Assembly (NCBI RefSeq): GCF_000017305.1
Contig: NC_009664.2
Span: 2,940,001 to 2,972,000 of the forward strand
From: Kineococcus radiotolerans SRS30216 = ATCC BAA-149
GTDB taxonomy: Bacteria; Actinomycetota; Actinomycetes; Actinomycetales; Kineococcaceae
Direction: 5' to 3'
DNA length: 32,000 bases
In this document: positions 17,308 through 24,828 of the stretch, piece by piece
How positions within the stretch are numbered: position 1 is the first letter of the stretch
How the letters are laid out: every line of letters starts with the position of its first letter
Made by a program: the position numbers and the translations under genes
The notes under the pieces: generated by a model
The model's database searches: none
The model's input: only the letters and a program-made list of their open reading frames with translations
Told to the model about the DNA's origin: nothing

Positions 17308-18264
17308 GTGATGCGGAACCGACGGGTGGACCTCGTGCTGCTGGGTGTGGCCGTGGTGTGGGGCAGCAGCTACCTGGCCGCCAAGGTCCTCGTCGACGTC
17401 GCCGGGGTCCTGCCGGTGCTGGCCCTGCGCTACGCGGGCGCCGCGCTGGCGCTCGCCGTCGTCGTCGGGCTCGCCCGGGCGCGGGTGGGCCGGGAGGAAC
17501 TGCGCTGGGGGGTCCTCCTGGGGCTCTCGCAGGCCGCGATCCTCGCCCTGGAGACGTTCGGCGTGGCCGGGACGAGCGCGACCAACGCGGGGCTGCTCAT
17601 CTCCCTGACCATCCTGCTGACCCCCGGCCTGGAGGGCGTGGTGCAGCGGTCGTGGCTGCCGCCGGCCTTCTTCGCCGCCGCGCTGGTCGCCGTCGCCGGG
17701 GTCGTGCTGCTGGTGGGCGGCGGCGGGTTGCGCGCCCCCAGCGGCGGGGACCTGCTCGTGCTGGCCGCGGCCGTGGTGCGCGCCGCGCACGTCACCGCGA
17801 TCGGGCGGGTCACCCGCACCCGCGCGCTGGACCTGCGGGGGCTGACGTTCGTGCAGACCGCGCTGGGCGCGGTGCTGTTCACCGCCCTGGACCCGCTGGG
17901 GGTGGCGCGCCTCGCGGCGGGCGCCACCCCGGCGCAGTGGGCCGGGATCGCCTACCTCGCGCTGGGCTGCAGCGTGTTCGCCTTCCTGGCCCAGAGCTGG
18001 GCGGTGCGCCGGACCTCGGCCTCGCGGGCCAGCCTGCTGCTGGGGACCGAGCCGCTGTTCGCGGTCCTGACCGGGGTGGTGCTCGGCGGGGAGGTGCTCG
18101 GGCCGGTGGGGGCGGTGGGCGCGGTGCTCATCCTCGCCGCCACCGCGTGGGGGCAGCGGGTGGAGGCGCGCGCCCGGCTCAGCGCAGCGGTGCCGGGGCC
18201 ACGTCCCGCCCCGGTCCCAGCGGACGCTGCAGACGGGTCACGTCCCACCAGCGGCCGAGCTTGA
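17308..18264 (+). CDS. EamA/DMT-family transporter
   Basis: About ten hydrophobic segments with two EamA-like halves (VVWGSSYLAAK...). Start is GTG 17308 or ATG 17311. Confidence 0.85.
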   Translation: MMRNRRVDLVLLGVAVVWGSSYLAAKVLVDVAGVLPVLALRYAGAALALAVVVGLARARVGREELRWGVLLGLSQAAILALETFGVAGTSATNAGLLISLTILLTPGLEGVVQRSWLPPAFFAAALVAVAGVVLLVGGGGLRAPSGGDLLVLAAAVVRAAHVTAIGRVTRTRALDLRGLTFVQTALGAVLFTALDPLGVARLAAGATPAQWAGIAYLALGCSVFAFLAQSWAVRRTSASRASLLLGTEPLFAVLTGVVLGGEVLGPVGAVGAVLILAATAWGQRVEARARLSAAVPGPRPAPVPADAADGSRPTSGRA

Positions 18265-18709
18265 AGCCGATGTCGCGGAAGGTCCCCACGACCTCGAACC
18301 CCGTCGCCCGGTGCAGGCCCAGGCTCGCCTCGTTGGGGACGGTCACCCCGGCGACCAGCGTCCGGAACCCGCGCTGCTCCAGCCGCGCGAACAGCTCGGT
18401 GTAGAGGGCGCGCCCGGCGCCGCTGCGCCGCAGCCCGGGAGCGAGGTAGACGCTCACCTCGCAGGACCAGTCGTAGGCGGGCCGCGCGGCGAAGGGGGAG
18501 GCGTAGGCGTAGCCCGCCACCCGCCCCGCGTCCTCCAGCACCAGCCAGGCGTGCCGCTGCCCGGACGCCTCGATGCGCCGGGCCACCTCCGCCGCGTCCG
18601 GGGGTTCGAGCTCGAACGAGATCGCGGTGTCGCGCACGTAGGGGGCGTAGACGGCGGCGCAGGCGGCGGCGTCGGCCGGGGTCGCCGGGCGGATGACTCG
18701 GTCGGGCAC
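18179..18709 (-). CDS. GNAT N-acetyltransferase, phosphinothricin/L-amino-acid N-acetyltransferase (PAT/YncA)-like
   Basis: IRPATPADAAACAAVYAPYV...TAISFE...GYAYASPFAARPAYDWSCEVSVYL...GAGRALY...NEASLGLHRATGFEVVG...GFKLGRWWDV follows the PAT-family pattern. Confidence 0.85.
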   Translation of the reverse strand: MPDRVIRPATPADAAACAAVYAPYVRDTAISFELEPPDAAEVARRIEASGQRHAWLVLEDAGRVAGYAYASPFAARPAYDWSCEVSVYLAPGLRRSGAGRALYTELFARLEQRGFRTLVAGVTVPNEASLGLHRATGFEVVGTFRDIGFKLGRWWDVTRLQRPLGPGRDVAPAPLR

Positions 18710-18770
18710 GGCCCGATGCTAGGCGGGCCGCCCCGCGCGGCCCGGGCGAGCGGGCTGGCACGATCGGGGG

Positions 18771-19889
18771 GTGAGCACCCCCGAGACCCCCACCGAGACC
18801 GCCCCCACCCCGGAGCAGGTGCGCCGCCTGCCCAAGGTGTCGCTGCACGACCACCTCGACGGCGGGCTGCGGCCCTCGACGATCGTCGAGATCGCCGCGG
18901 CGAACGGGCACGCGCTGCCCACCACCGACCCCGAGGAGCTGGGGGTCTGGTTCCGCGACGCGGCCGACTCCGGTTCGCTGGTGCGCTACCTGGAGACCTT
19001 CGACCACACCATCGCCGTCATGCAGGACGCCGAGTCGCTGGCCCGGGTCGCCACCGAGGCCGTCCTGGACCTCGCCACCGACGGCGTCGTCTACGGCGAG
19101 CTGCGCTACGCCCCCGAGCAGCACCTGCAGCGCGGCCTGAGCCTCGACGAGGTCGTCGTCGCCGTCGAGGAGGGCATGCGCCGCGGCGAGCAGCTCGCCG
19201 CGCAGGCCGGCACCCCGATCCGGGTCGGGACCCTGGTCACCGCCATGCGCCACGCCGACCGCGGCCTGGAGATCGCCGAGCTCGCGCTGCGCCACCGCGA
19301 CGCCGGGGTCGTCGGCTTCGACATCGCCGGCGCCGAGATCGGGTTCCCGCCCTCCAACCACCTCGCCGCCTTCGACCGCCTGCACGCGGAGAACTTCCCC
19401 GTCACCATCCACGCCGGGGAGGCGTTCGGCCTGCCCAGCATCGCCGACGCGCTGCACACCTGCGGCGCCGAGCGCATCGGGCACGGCGTCCGCATCGTCG
19501 AGGACATCGAGTTCGGCGAGGGCCGCGACCGGTTCGGGATGCCGGCCGCGACGCTGGGCCGGCTCGCGACGTGGGTCCGCGACCGCGGGATCGTCCTGGA
19601 GCTGTGCCCCTCCTCCAACGTCCAGACCGGGGCGGCGACCAGCGTCGCCGAGCACCCGATCACCGCGCTCAAGGACCTCGGGTTCTCCATCAGCGTGAAC
19701 ACCGACAACCGGCTGATGTCCGGGACGTCGCTGTCCCGGGAGTTCTCGCTGCTGGTGGACGAGGCCGGCTGGGACCTCGCCGACGTCGAGCGGGCGACCA
19801 TCACCGCCCTGTCGGCCTCGTTCCTGCCCTTCCCGGACCGGCTGGCGCTGGCCAGCGACGTGATCCGCCCCGCCTACGCCCCGGCCTGA
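18771..19889 (+). CDS. add: adenosine deaminase
   Basis: Motifs [16 protein letters not shown] and [11 protein letters not shown] start. Confidence 0.92.
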   Translation: MSTPETPTETAPTPEQVRRLPKVSLHDHLDGGLRPSTIVEIAAANGHALPTTDPEELGVWFRDAADSGSLVRYLETFDHTIAVMQDAESLARVATEAVLDLATDGVVYGELRYAPEQHLQRGLSLDEVVVAVEEGMRRGEQLAAQAGTPIRVGTLVTAMRHADRGLEIAELALRHRDAGVVGFDIAGAEIGFPPSNHLAAFDRLHAENFPVTIHAGEAFGLPSIADALHTCGAERIGHGVRIVEDIEFGEGRDRFGMPAATLGRLATWVRDRGIVLELCPSSNVQTGAATSVAEHPITALKDLGFSISVNTDNRLMSGTSLSREFSLLVDEAGWDLADVERATITALSASFLPFPDRLALASDVIRPAYAPA

Positions 19890-20839
19890 TCCCCGTACCT
19901 CCCGAGCACGTCGCGGGCCGTCGCCACGAGGTCCGCGACGAGCTCGGGAGGTTCCAGCACGTGCACCAGGGCCCCCAGGCCCAGCAGGACCGCGCGGGCC
20001 GCGGGCACGGCGCGGAAGGTGGCGACGACCTCGACGACCCCGTCGCGCTCGGTGAGGACGGGGTCGTCGAGCAGCTGCGCGTCGGCGATGCGCAGCAGCA
20101 CCCCGGCGTCCGCGGCCGCGACCCGCAACCGGGTCCGCACTGCGCCGGTCGCGGGACGCTCGACCCGTTCGCGCAGCCCGGCCCAGACGCCCGGCAGGTC
20201 CGGCAGCCCGGGGGGCACGGGGTCGTCCAGGACGTCGAGGCCGACGACGCGCTCGACCCGGAACAGCCGGTCCCCGTCCCGGGTGGCCGCCACGAGGTAC
20301 CAGACCCCGCCCTTGGCGACCAGGCCGATCGGGTCGAGGGTCCGCGTCGAGGTCCGGGTCGCCCCGGCGGAGCGGTAGCGCAGCCGGACGCGGCGGGCCG
20401 AGAACACCGCCTCCTGCAGGGCGGCCAGGTGCGGCGGGTTCGCCTCGCGGGAGCGCCAGCCGGCGGGTTCGACGAGGATGCGCTCGGCGGCGCGCTGGAA
20501 CGGGGCCCGCTGCTCGGCCGGGGTCGCGGCGAGCAGCTTCCGCACCGCGGACTCCCACGCCGGGCGCTGCGGGTCCGCCACGCCGGCCGCGCCGGAGAAC
20601 AGCGCCCGCGCCTCGCCCGCCGTGAAGCCGGAGACGTCGGTGCGCCAGTTCGGCATCAGCGAGATCCCGCCGCCGCGGCCGCGCTCGGTCCACACCGGGA
20701 CCCCCGCCGCGGACAGCGCCTCGACGTCGCGCAGCACCGTGCGGGTGGACACCTCCAGGCGCCGGCCGAGGTCCGGGGCCGTCATCCGGCCGTGCGCCTG
20801 CAGCAGGAAGAGCAGCGAGAGCAGGCGGTCGGCGCGCAC
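19874..20839 (-). CDS. HTH-WYL domain transcriptional regulator (YafY-like)
   Basis: N-terminal HTH ([41 protein letters not shown]). Literal WYL motif in [25 protein letters not shown] start at 20839. Confidence 0.85.
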   Translation of the reverse strand: MRADRLLSLLFLLQAHGRMTAPDLGRRLEVSTRTVLRDVEALSAAGVPVWTERGRGGGISLMPNWRTDVSGFTAGEARALFSGAAGVADPQRPAWESAVRKLLAATPAEQRAPFQRAAERILVEPAGWRSREANPPHLAALQEAVFSARRVRLRYRSAGATRTSTRTLDPIGLVAKGGVWYLVAATRDGDRLFRVERVVGLDVLDDPVPPGLPDLPGVWAGLRERVERPATGAVRTRLRVAAADAGVLLRIADAQLLDDPVLTERDGVVEVVATFRAVPAARAVLLGLGALVHVLEPPELVADLVATARDVLGRYGDQAGA

Positions 20840-20871
20840 CGCCCGAGGATGGCACGAGAACTCCGCAGAAC

Positions 20872-21507
20872 ATGACAGGAGGTGTCGTGTTCGCGGAGGA
20901 GGCTGGGGCCGTGACCGATTCCGCGGGAGACCCCCGCCAGCCCATGTTCCGCGCCGCCGACCTCGCCGGGCGCGTCCTCGACGCCGTTCCCGCCGACGCC
21001 GGCGCGCGCCCGACCCCCTGCACCGACTGGACGGTGGCCGACCTGGCCGGCCACCTCGTCGCCGTCACCGCCCGGGTGGCGCACGTCGCCCGCGGCGGCC
21101 ACCCCTCCGAGCGGCCGACCCTGCTGGAGGCCGAACCCGCGGGGGGTTTCGCCGCGGCCTACCGCGCCGGTCTCGCCGGGGTGCGCGAGGCGTGGGCCGA
21201 CGACGACCTGCTGACCCGCACCGTGCACCACCCGGCCGGGGAGATGCCGGGCGCGGCGGGGGCGACGATCTACGCGCAGGAGTTCGCCACGCACGCCGTC
21301 GACCTGGCCGTCGCGGTCGGGCGCACCGACCTGCTGGACGAGGAGTTCCTGGCCGGGATCGTCGACGTCGCCCGGCGGGTGGTTCCCGCCGACCGCGCGG
21401 GGTTCCCGTTCGCGCCGCCCGTCCCCGTCCCCGACGACGCCCCGGCGCACGCGCGGCTCGCGGGGTGGCTGGGCCGGGACCTGGCCGCGGGCGCGGTTCA
21501 GGGGTGA
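20872..21507 (+). CDS. DinB-like / TIGR03086-type (mycothiol-dependent maleylpyruvate isomerase N-terminal domain) family protein
   Basis: RPTPCTDWTVADLAGHL motif near the N-terminus. Start is ambiguous: ATG 20872, GTG 20887 (AGGAGG at 20877..20882), GTG 20911 or ATG 20944. Confidence 0.7.
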   Translation: MTGGVVFAEEAGAVTDSAGDPRQPMFRAADLAGRVLDAVPADAGARPTPCTDWTVADLAGHLVAVTARVAHVARGGHPSERPTLLEAEPAGGFAAAYRAGLAGVREAWADDDLLTRTVHHPAGEMPGAAGATIYAQEFATHAVDLAVAVGRTDLLDEEFLAGIVDVARRVVPADRAGFPFAPPVPVPDDAPAHARLAGWLGRDLAAGAVQG

Positions 21508-22571
21508 CGCTGGCGGTGCGCCTTGTGGATCCTCTTCCACTCGTTCCGGCGTTCGGCGGCCAGCCGGGCGTCGGTGCGGGAGGCGAACCAGGCCTGTTCC
21601 CGTTCCAGGCGACGGTAGCTGTCGAGGCGGCGGGCGCTCATGACCCCGGCGTCGATGGCCGCCAGCACGGCGCAGCCGGGTTCGGCGGTGTGCGAGCAGT
21701 CGGAGAAGCGGCAGTCGACGGCCACGTCCTCGACGTCGGCGAAGGTCCGTTCCAGCCCCTCGCCGAGTTCGGAGACCCCCAGGCTGCGCAGCCCGGGGGT
21801 GTCCACGAGGACGAGGCCGCCGGGGACGGGGACGAGTTCCCGGGTCACCGTGGTGTGCCGGCCCTTCCCGTCGGCCGAGCGCACGGCGCCGACGGCGAAG
21901 CGGTCCTGCCCGAGCAGCGCGTTCGCCAGGGTGGACTTGCCCGCGCCGGAGGAACCGATGAGGACCACGGTGCCGCGCAGGTGGTTCCGGAGTTCCCCGA
22001 CACCCCGGGGGCCGGTGGCGCTCACGGGGACGACCGCGACCCCGACGGCGTCGCCGCGCACCCGGGCCAGGACGTCCTCGAGCCCGTCCTCGTCGAGCAG
22101 GTCGGACTTGGTGAGGGCGACGACCGGCTGCGCCCCGGAGTTCCAGGCCAGGGCCAGGAACCGCTCGACGCGGCCCAGCGTCGTCCGGGAGTCGGCGCCG
22201 ACGGCGACGACGACGGTGTCCACGTTGGCGGCGAGCTGGTGCTCGGTCGAGCGGCCGGTGACCGAGGCGCGCGCGAGCACCGTCCGGCGGGCCACCACCC
22301 CGACGACCCGCGGGCCGTCCGGGTCGTCCAGCCGCAGGCCGACCCAGTCGCCGGTCGTGGGTTCGGGGACGAGGTGGCCCGCGGGGGTTCCGACCCGCTG
22401 CGGGCCCAGCGGGGTCTCCACGTCGCAGGCGCCGCGGTGGACGCGGACGACGCGGGCGGGCAGGAGGTCCCCGCCGGCCGCGACCGAGGCGCGGAAGGCG
22501 TTCCACCGGTCGTCCCAGTCCGCGTCCCAGCCCAGGCGGGCGAGGGGTTCGAGGATTTCGTGTTCCGGCAC
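21498..22571 (-). CDS. rsgA: ribosome small-subunit-dependent GTPase A
   Basis: Walker A GSSGAGKSTL, G4 motif (ALTKSDL) ahead of the P-loop (circularly permuted GTPase order), and zinc knuckle CRFSDCSHTAEPGCAV. GTG start at 22571. Confidence 0.9.
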   Translation of the reverse strand: MPEHEILEPLARLGWDADWDDRWNAFRASVAAGGDLLPARVVRVHRGACDVETPLGPQRVGTPAGHLVPEPTTGDWVGLRLDDPDGPRVVGVVARRTVLARASVTGRSTEHQLAANVDTVVVAVGADSRTTLGRVERFLALAWNSGAQPVVALTKSDLLDEDGLEDVLARVRGDAVGVAVVPVSATGPRGVGELRNHLRGTVVLIGSSGAGKSTLANALLGQDRFAVGAVRSADGKGRHTTVTRELVPVPGGLVLVDTPGLRSLGVSELGEGLERTFADVEDVAVDCRFSDCSHTAEPGCAVLAAIDAGVMSARRLDSYRRLEREQAWFASRTDARLAAERRNEWKRIHKAHRQRHP

Positions 22572-22607
22572 GTCCCGAGGTTAGGGAGGCGCGGAGGACG
22601 GCGGCGA

Positions 22608-22642
22608 GGGGTTTTCGGGGCGGGGGGTTCTCGGGGGCGGGG
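22608..22642 (+). repeat. five closely spaced G-runs (G4-G4-G6-G5-G4) in a roughly 14-nt repeating unit; potential G-quadruplex
   Basis: GGGGTTTTCGGGGCGGGGGGTTCTCGGGGGCGGGG sits between the oxidoreductase stop (22645) and the rsgA start (22571). The G-rich strand is the template strand for both genes. Confidence 0.5.
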
Positions 22643-22644
22643 TT

Positions 22645-23550
22645 TCAGAGCGTGACGACGACCCGGCCCCGCAGCCGGCCGGCCTCGCCGTCGGCGTGGA
22701 CGGAGGCCAGGTCCGCCAGGGGGCGGCGGTCGGAGACGTCGAGGACGAGTTCCCCGGCGTCGACCGCCGCGACCAGGCCGGCGAGCTGGGCGGGGTCGTC
22801 GCGCACGTAGAGGACCTTCCAGTGCACGCCCCGGTCCTCGTCGTCGGTCAGGGGCAGCGGCGGTGCGCTGACGGCCGTGCCGCCGTCGCGGACGAGGTCG
22901 GTCAGCCGGCTCAGTTCCGCGGGGTTCCCCGACACGTTGTTGAAGAGCAGGTCGACCGGTGCGGTCAGGGCCTCGGTCAGCGGGGTGGTGGTGTAGTCGA
23001 CGACCTCGTCGGCGCCGCGGGCCTCGACGGCCGCGCGGCTGCGCGGGCTCGCGGTGGCGATGACGTGCGCCCCGGCGCGCTTGGCGAGCTGGACGGCGAA
23101 CCCGCCGACCCCGCCGCCGGCGCCGTTGACGAGGACGCGCCGGCCCGCCCGCAGGCCGCCGTGGTCGAACAGGCCCTGGAACGCGGTGAGCCCGGCGACG
23201 GGGAGGACGGCGGCGTCGGCCAGCGGCACGGACCGCGGGGCGGGGACCAGCCGGTCGCGGGGGACGGCGGCGAACTCGGCGGCGCCGCCGCCGACGGGGA
23301 CGCCGAGGAAGGCGATGACCCGCTCGCCGGTGCCCTCGACGGTGCCGGCGAGGTCGAGGCCGGGGGTGTAGGGCAGCTCGACGGGGATCAGCTCGGTCAT
23401 GACGCCGGAGCGGATGGCGGCGTCGACGGCGTTGAAGGTGGTGCCCGCCACCCGGACGAGGACCTCGCCGGGGCCGGGGACGGGGCGTTCGACGTCGGCG
23501 ACCCGCAGGACGTCGGGGGTTCCGTAGCGGGTGACCTGGACAGCGCGCAC
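22645..23550 (-). CDS. NADPH:quinone oxidoreductase-like MDR-family (zinc-type alcohol dehydrogenase superfamily) protein
   Basis: GTG at 23550 with AGGAGG seven nt upstream. The track ORF's extra N-terminus runs through a low-GC region with poor codon usage. Starts VRAVQVTRYGTPDVL; cofactor loop NGAGGGVGGFAVQLAK. Confidence 0.85.
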   Translation of the reverse strand: MRAVQVTRYGTPDVLRVADVERPVPGPGEVLVRVAGTTFNAVDAAIRSGVMTELIPVELPYTPGLDLAGTVEGTGERVIAFLGVPVGGGAAEFAAVPRDRLVPAPRSVPLADAAVLPVAGLTAFQGLFDHGGLRAGRRVLVNGAGGGVGGFAVQLAKRAGAHVIATASPRSRAAVEARGADEVVDYTTTPLTEALTAPVDLLFNNVSGNPAELSRLTDLVRDGGTAVSAPPLPLTDDEDRGVHWKVLYVRDDPAQLAGLVAAVDAGELVLDVSDRRPLADLASVHADGEAGRLRGRVVVTL

Positions 23551-23574
23551 GATGGCTCCTCCTCGTAGTTTGCT

Positions 23575-23619
23575 CCGAATTCGAAGCATGTGGGGAGCGT
23601 AGAACTGTTTCGAATTCGG
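23575..23619. promoter_or_regulatory. probable MarR operator: perfect 11-bp inverted repeat, each arm containing the palindrome CGAATTCG
   Basis: CCGAATTCGAA (23575..23585) and TTCGAATTCGG (23609..23619) with a 23-bp spacer. It lies in the low-GC divergent region between the oxidoreductase (start 23550) and MarR (start 23638). Confidence 0.5.
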
Positions 23620-23637
23620 CGCAAGTACCCTGGGGTC

Positions 23638-24123
23638 GTGGACCGCGGCGGACTCAGCGAGCAGCAACTGGCGACGTACCTCACGCTCACCGAGGTGGGG
23701 AACCTGCTCCAGCAGGCCGTCACCGAGCAGCTGCGCGCCGACGGCGACCTCAGCCCCGTGCAGTTCCAGGTGCTCGCCGTCCTCGGGGCCTCACCGACCG
23801 CCGAGTTCCGGATGACCGACCTGGCCGACCGGATCGTCTACAGCCGCAGCGGTTTCAGCTACCAGGCGGGGCAGCTGGAGAAGCGCGGGCTCATCGAGCG
23901 GCGGCCGTCGCCGCACGACGAGCGCAGCACGGTCGTGAGCATCACCCCCGCCGGGCTGGACCTGCTGGGCCGGGTCATGCCCGGCCACGTGGAGGTCGTG
24001 CACGGGCGGTTCTTCGCCGACCTGCCCCCGCAGGACCTCGACGCGCTGCAGCGGGTCCTCGCGCCGGTGCGCGACCGGCTGCGGCAGGCCCCGCCGCGCT
24101 CCGCCCGCCGGCGCCGCTCCTGA
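23638..24123 (+). CDS. MarR-family transcriptional regulator
   Basis: Winged-helix core LSPVQFQVLAVL...MTDLADRIVYSRSGFSYQAGQLEKRGLIERRPSPHDERSTVVSITPAG. GTG 23638 is preferred over track start 23590 because 6 of the 16 codons in 23590..23637 end in A/T, atypical here, and that stretch contains an operator-like inverted repeat. Confidence 0.85.
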   Translation: MDRGGLSEQQLATYLTLTEVGNLLQQAVTEQLRADGDLSPVQFQVLAVLGASPTAEFRMTDLADRIVYSRSGFSYQAGQLEKRGLIERRPSPHDERSTVVSITPAGLDLLGRVMPGHVEVVHGRFFADLPPQDLDALQRVLAPVRDRLRQAPPRSARRRRS

Positions 24124-24152
24124 CCCGCCGCTCCTGACCCGCCGATCCGACC
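24112..24152. repeat. 14-bp tandem duplication with a degenerate third copy, spanning the MarR stop codon
   Basis: CGCCGCTCCTGACC at 24112..24125 and 24126..24139, then CGCCGATCCGACC at 24140..24152. Confidence 0.6.
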
Positions 24153-24183
24153 CTCCGACGCGGCCGGCTCGCCCGGTGGCGCG

Positions 24184-24828
24184 TCAGACCGTGCGGGTGG
24201 CGCCGGTGAGCAGACCGGCGACGAGGTCGAGGTCGCCGAGGGCGAGCAGCTCCTCCTCCGGCAGCGGGGGCAGCACCCGGACCCCCGCCTCCGCGCAGGC
24301 CAGCCGCAGGTCGGCGTCGTAGCCCTCCCGGGCCGCGCGGGCGTCCAGCAGCGCCACGCCTCCCAGGAGCCCCCGGACGGTGCCGGGGTCGCGGTCGGTG
24401 CGGGCCACGGCCCCGGCGGGGAACTCCGCGGCCAGGACCTCCACCAGGGCGGCGACGGCGGCGGAGTCGTGCACCACGACGCAGCGGGCCCCGGCCGCGA
24501 GCGCCGCGCACAGGACGCGGGCGGTGGGCAGGAAGTCCTCCGGGGCCAGGACCGCGACGGGCGGCGGGCGGCGGGCCGCGGCGGGCAGCAGCAGGTCGAG
24601 CTTGTCGGCCCAGCCCGCCCAGCGCACCACCGCGTCGATGCAGCCGTCGACCTGGGTGACGGCCTCGGTGATCCCGCAGCGGTGGGCGCGGCGCACCCGG
24701 TCGACGAAGCGGGTGCGTCCCGCCTCCACCTCGGCGGCGGCGGCGAGCAGCGCCCGCCCGCGGTGCGCGGGGTCGAGGACGGGGGCGGGGGGAGCGGCGG
24801 GGGGAGCGGCGGGGGCGGTCTCACCCAC
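24184..24828 (-). CDS. aldehyde-dehydrogenase-fold protein comprising only the cofactor-binding half; catalytic motifs absent
   Basis: HRGRALL...VRWAGWADKL...VAVLAPEDFLPTARVLCAALAAGARCVVV aligns by eye to the ALDH N-terminal half (RYYAGWADK, PWNFP, ATGN-VV-K region). It stops about where ELGGK would be. GTG 24828 overlaps the upstream TGA by 8 nt (GTGGGTGA). Confidence 0.6.
   Translation of the reverse strand: MGETAPAAPPAAPPAPVLDPAHRGRALLAAAAEVEAGRTRFVDRVRRAHRCGITEAVTQVDGCIDAVVRWAGWADKLDLLLPAAARRPPPVAVLAPEDFLPTARVLCAALAAGARCVVVHDSAAVAALVEVLAAEFPAGAVARTDRDPGTVRGLLGGVALLDARAAREGYDADLRLACAEAGVRVLPPLPEEELLALGDLDLVAGLLTGATRTV

Noticed and set aside
17952-21068. A 1038-aa minus-strand ORF, together with the 854-aa plus-strand ORF 18311..20875.
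   Set aside because: Both are low-complexity Arg/Gly/Pro translations. They overlap the clearly recognisable GNAT, add and WYL genes in other frames.
22608-22642. The repeated G-run unit as a CRISPR array or mobile-element repeat.
   Set aside because: It has only about 2.5 short units with no spacers, no cas genes, and no flanking inverted repeats or transposase. It is kept only as a G-tract repeat.
23590-23637. The track start at 23590 for MarR.
   Set aside because: Six of these 16 codons end in A/T, which is atypical for this genome. The segment contains the right arm of the operator-like inverted repeat. GTG 23638 gives a normal MarR length of about 161 aa.
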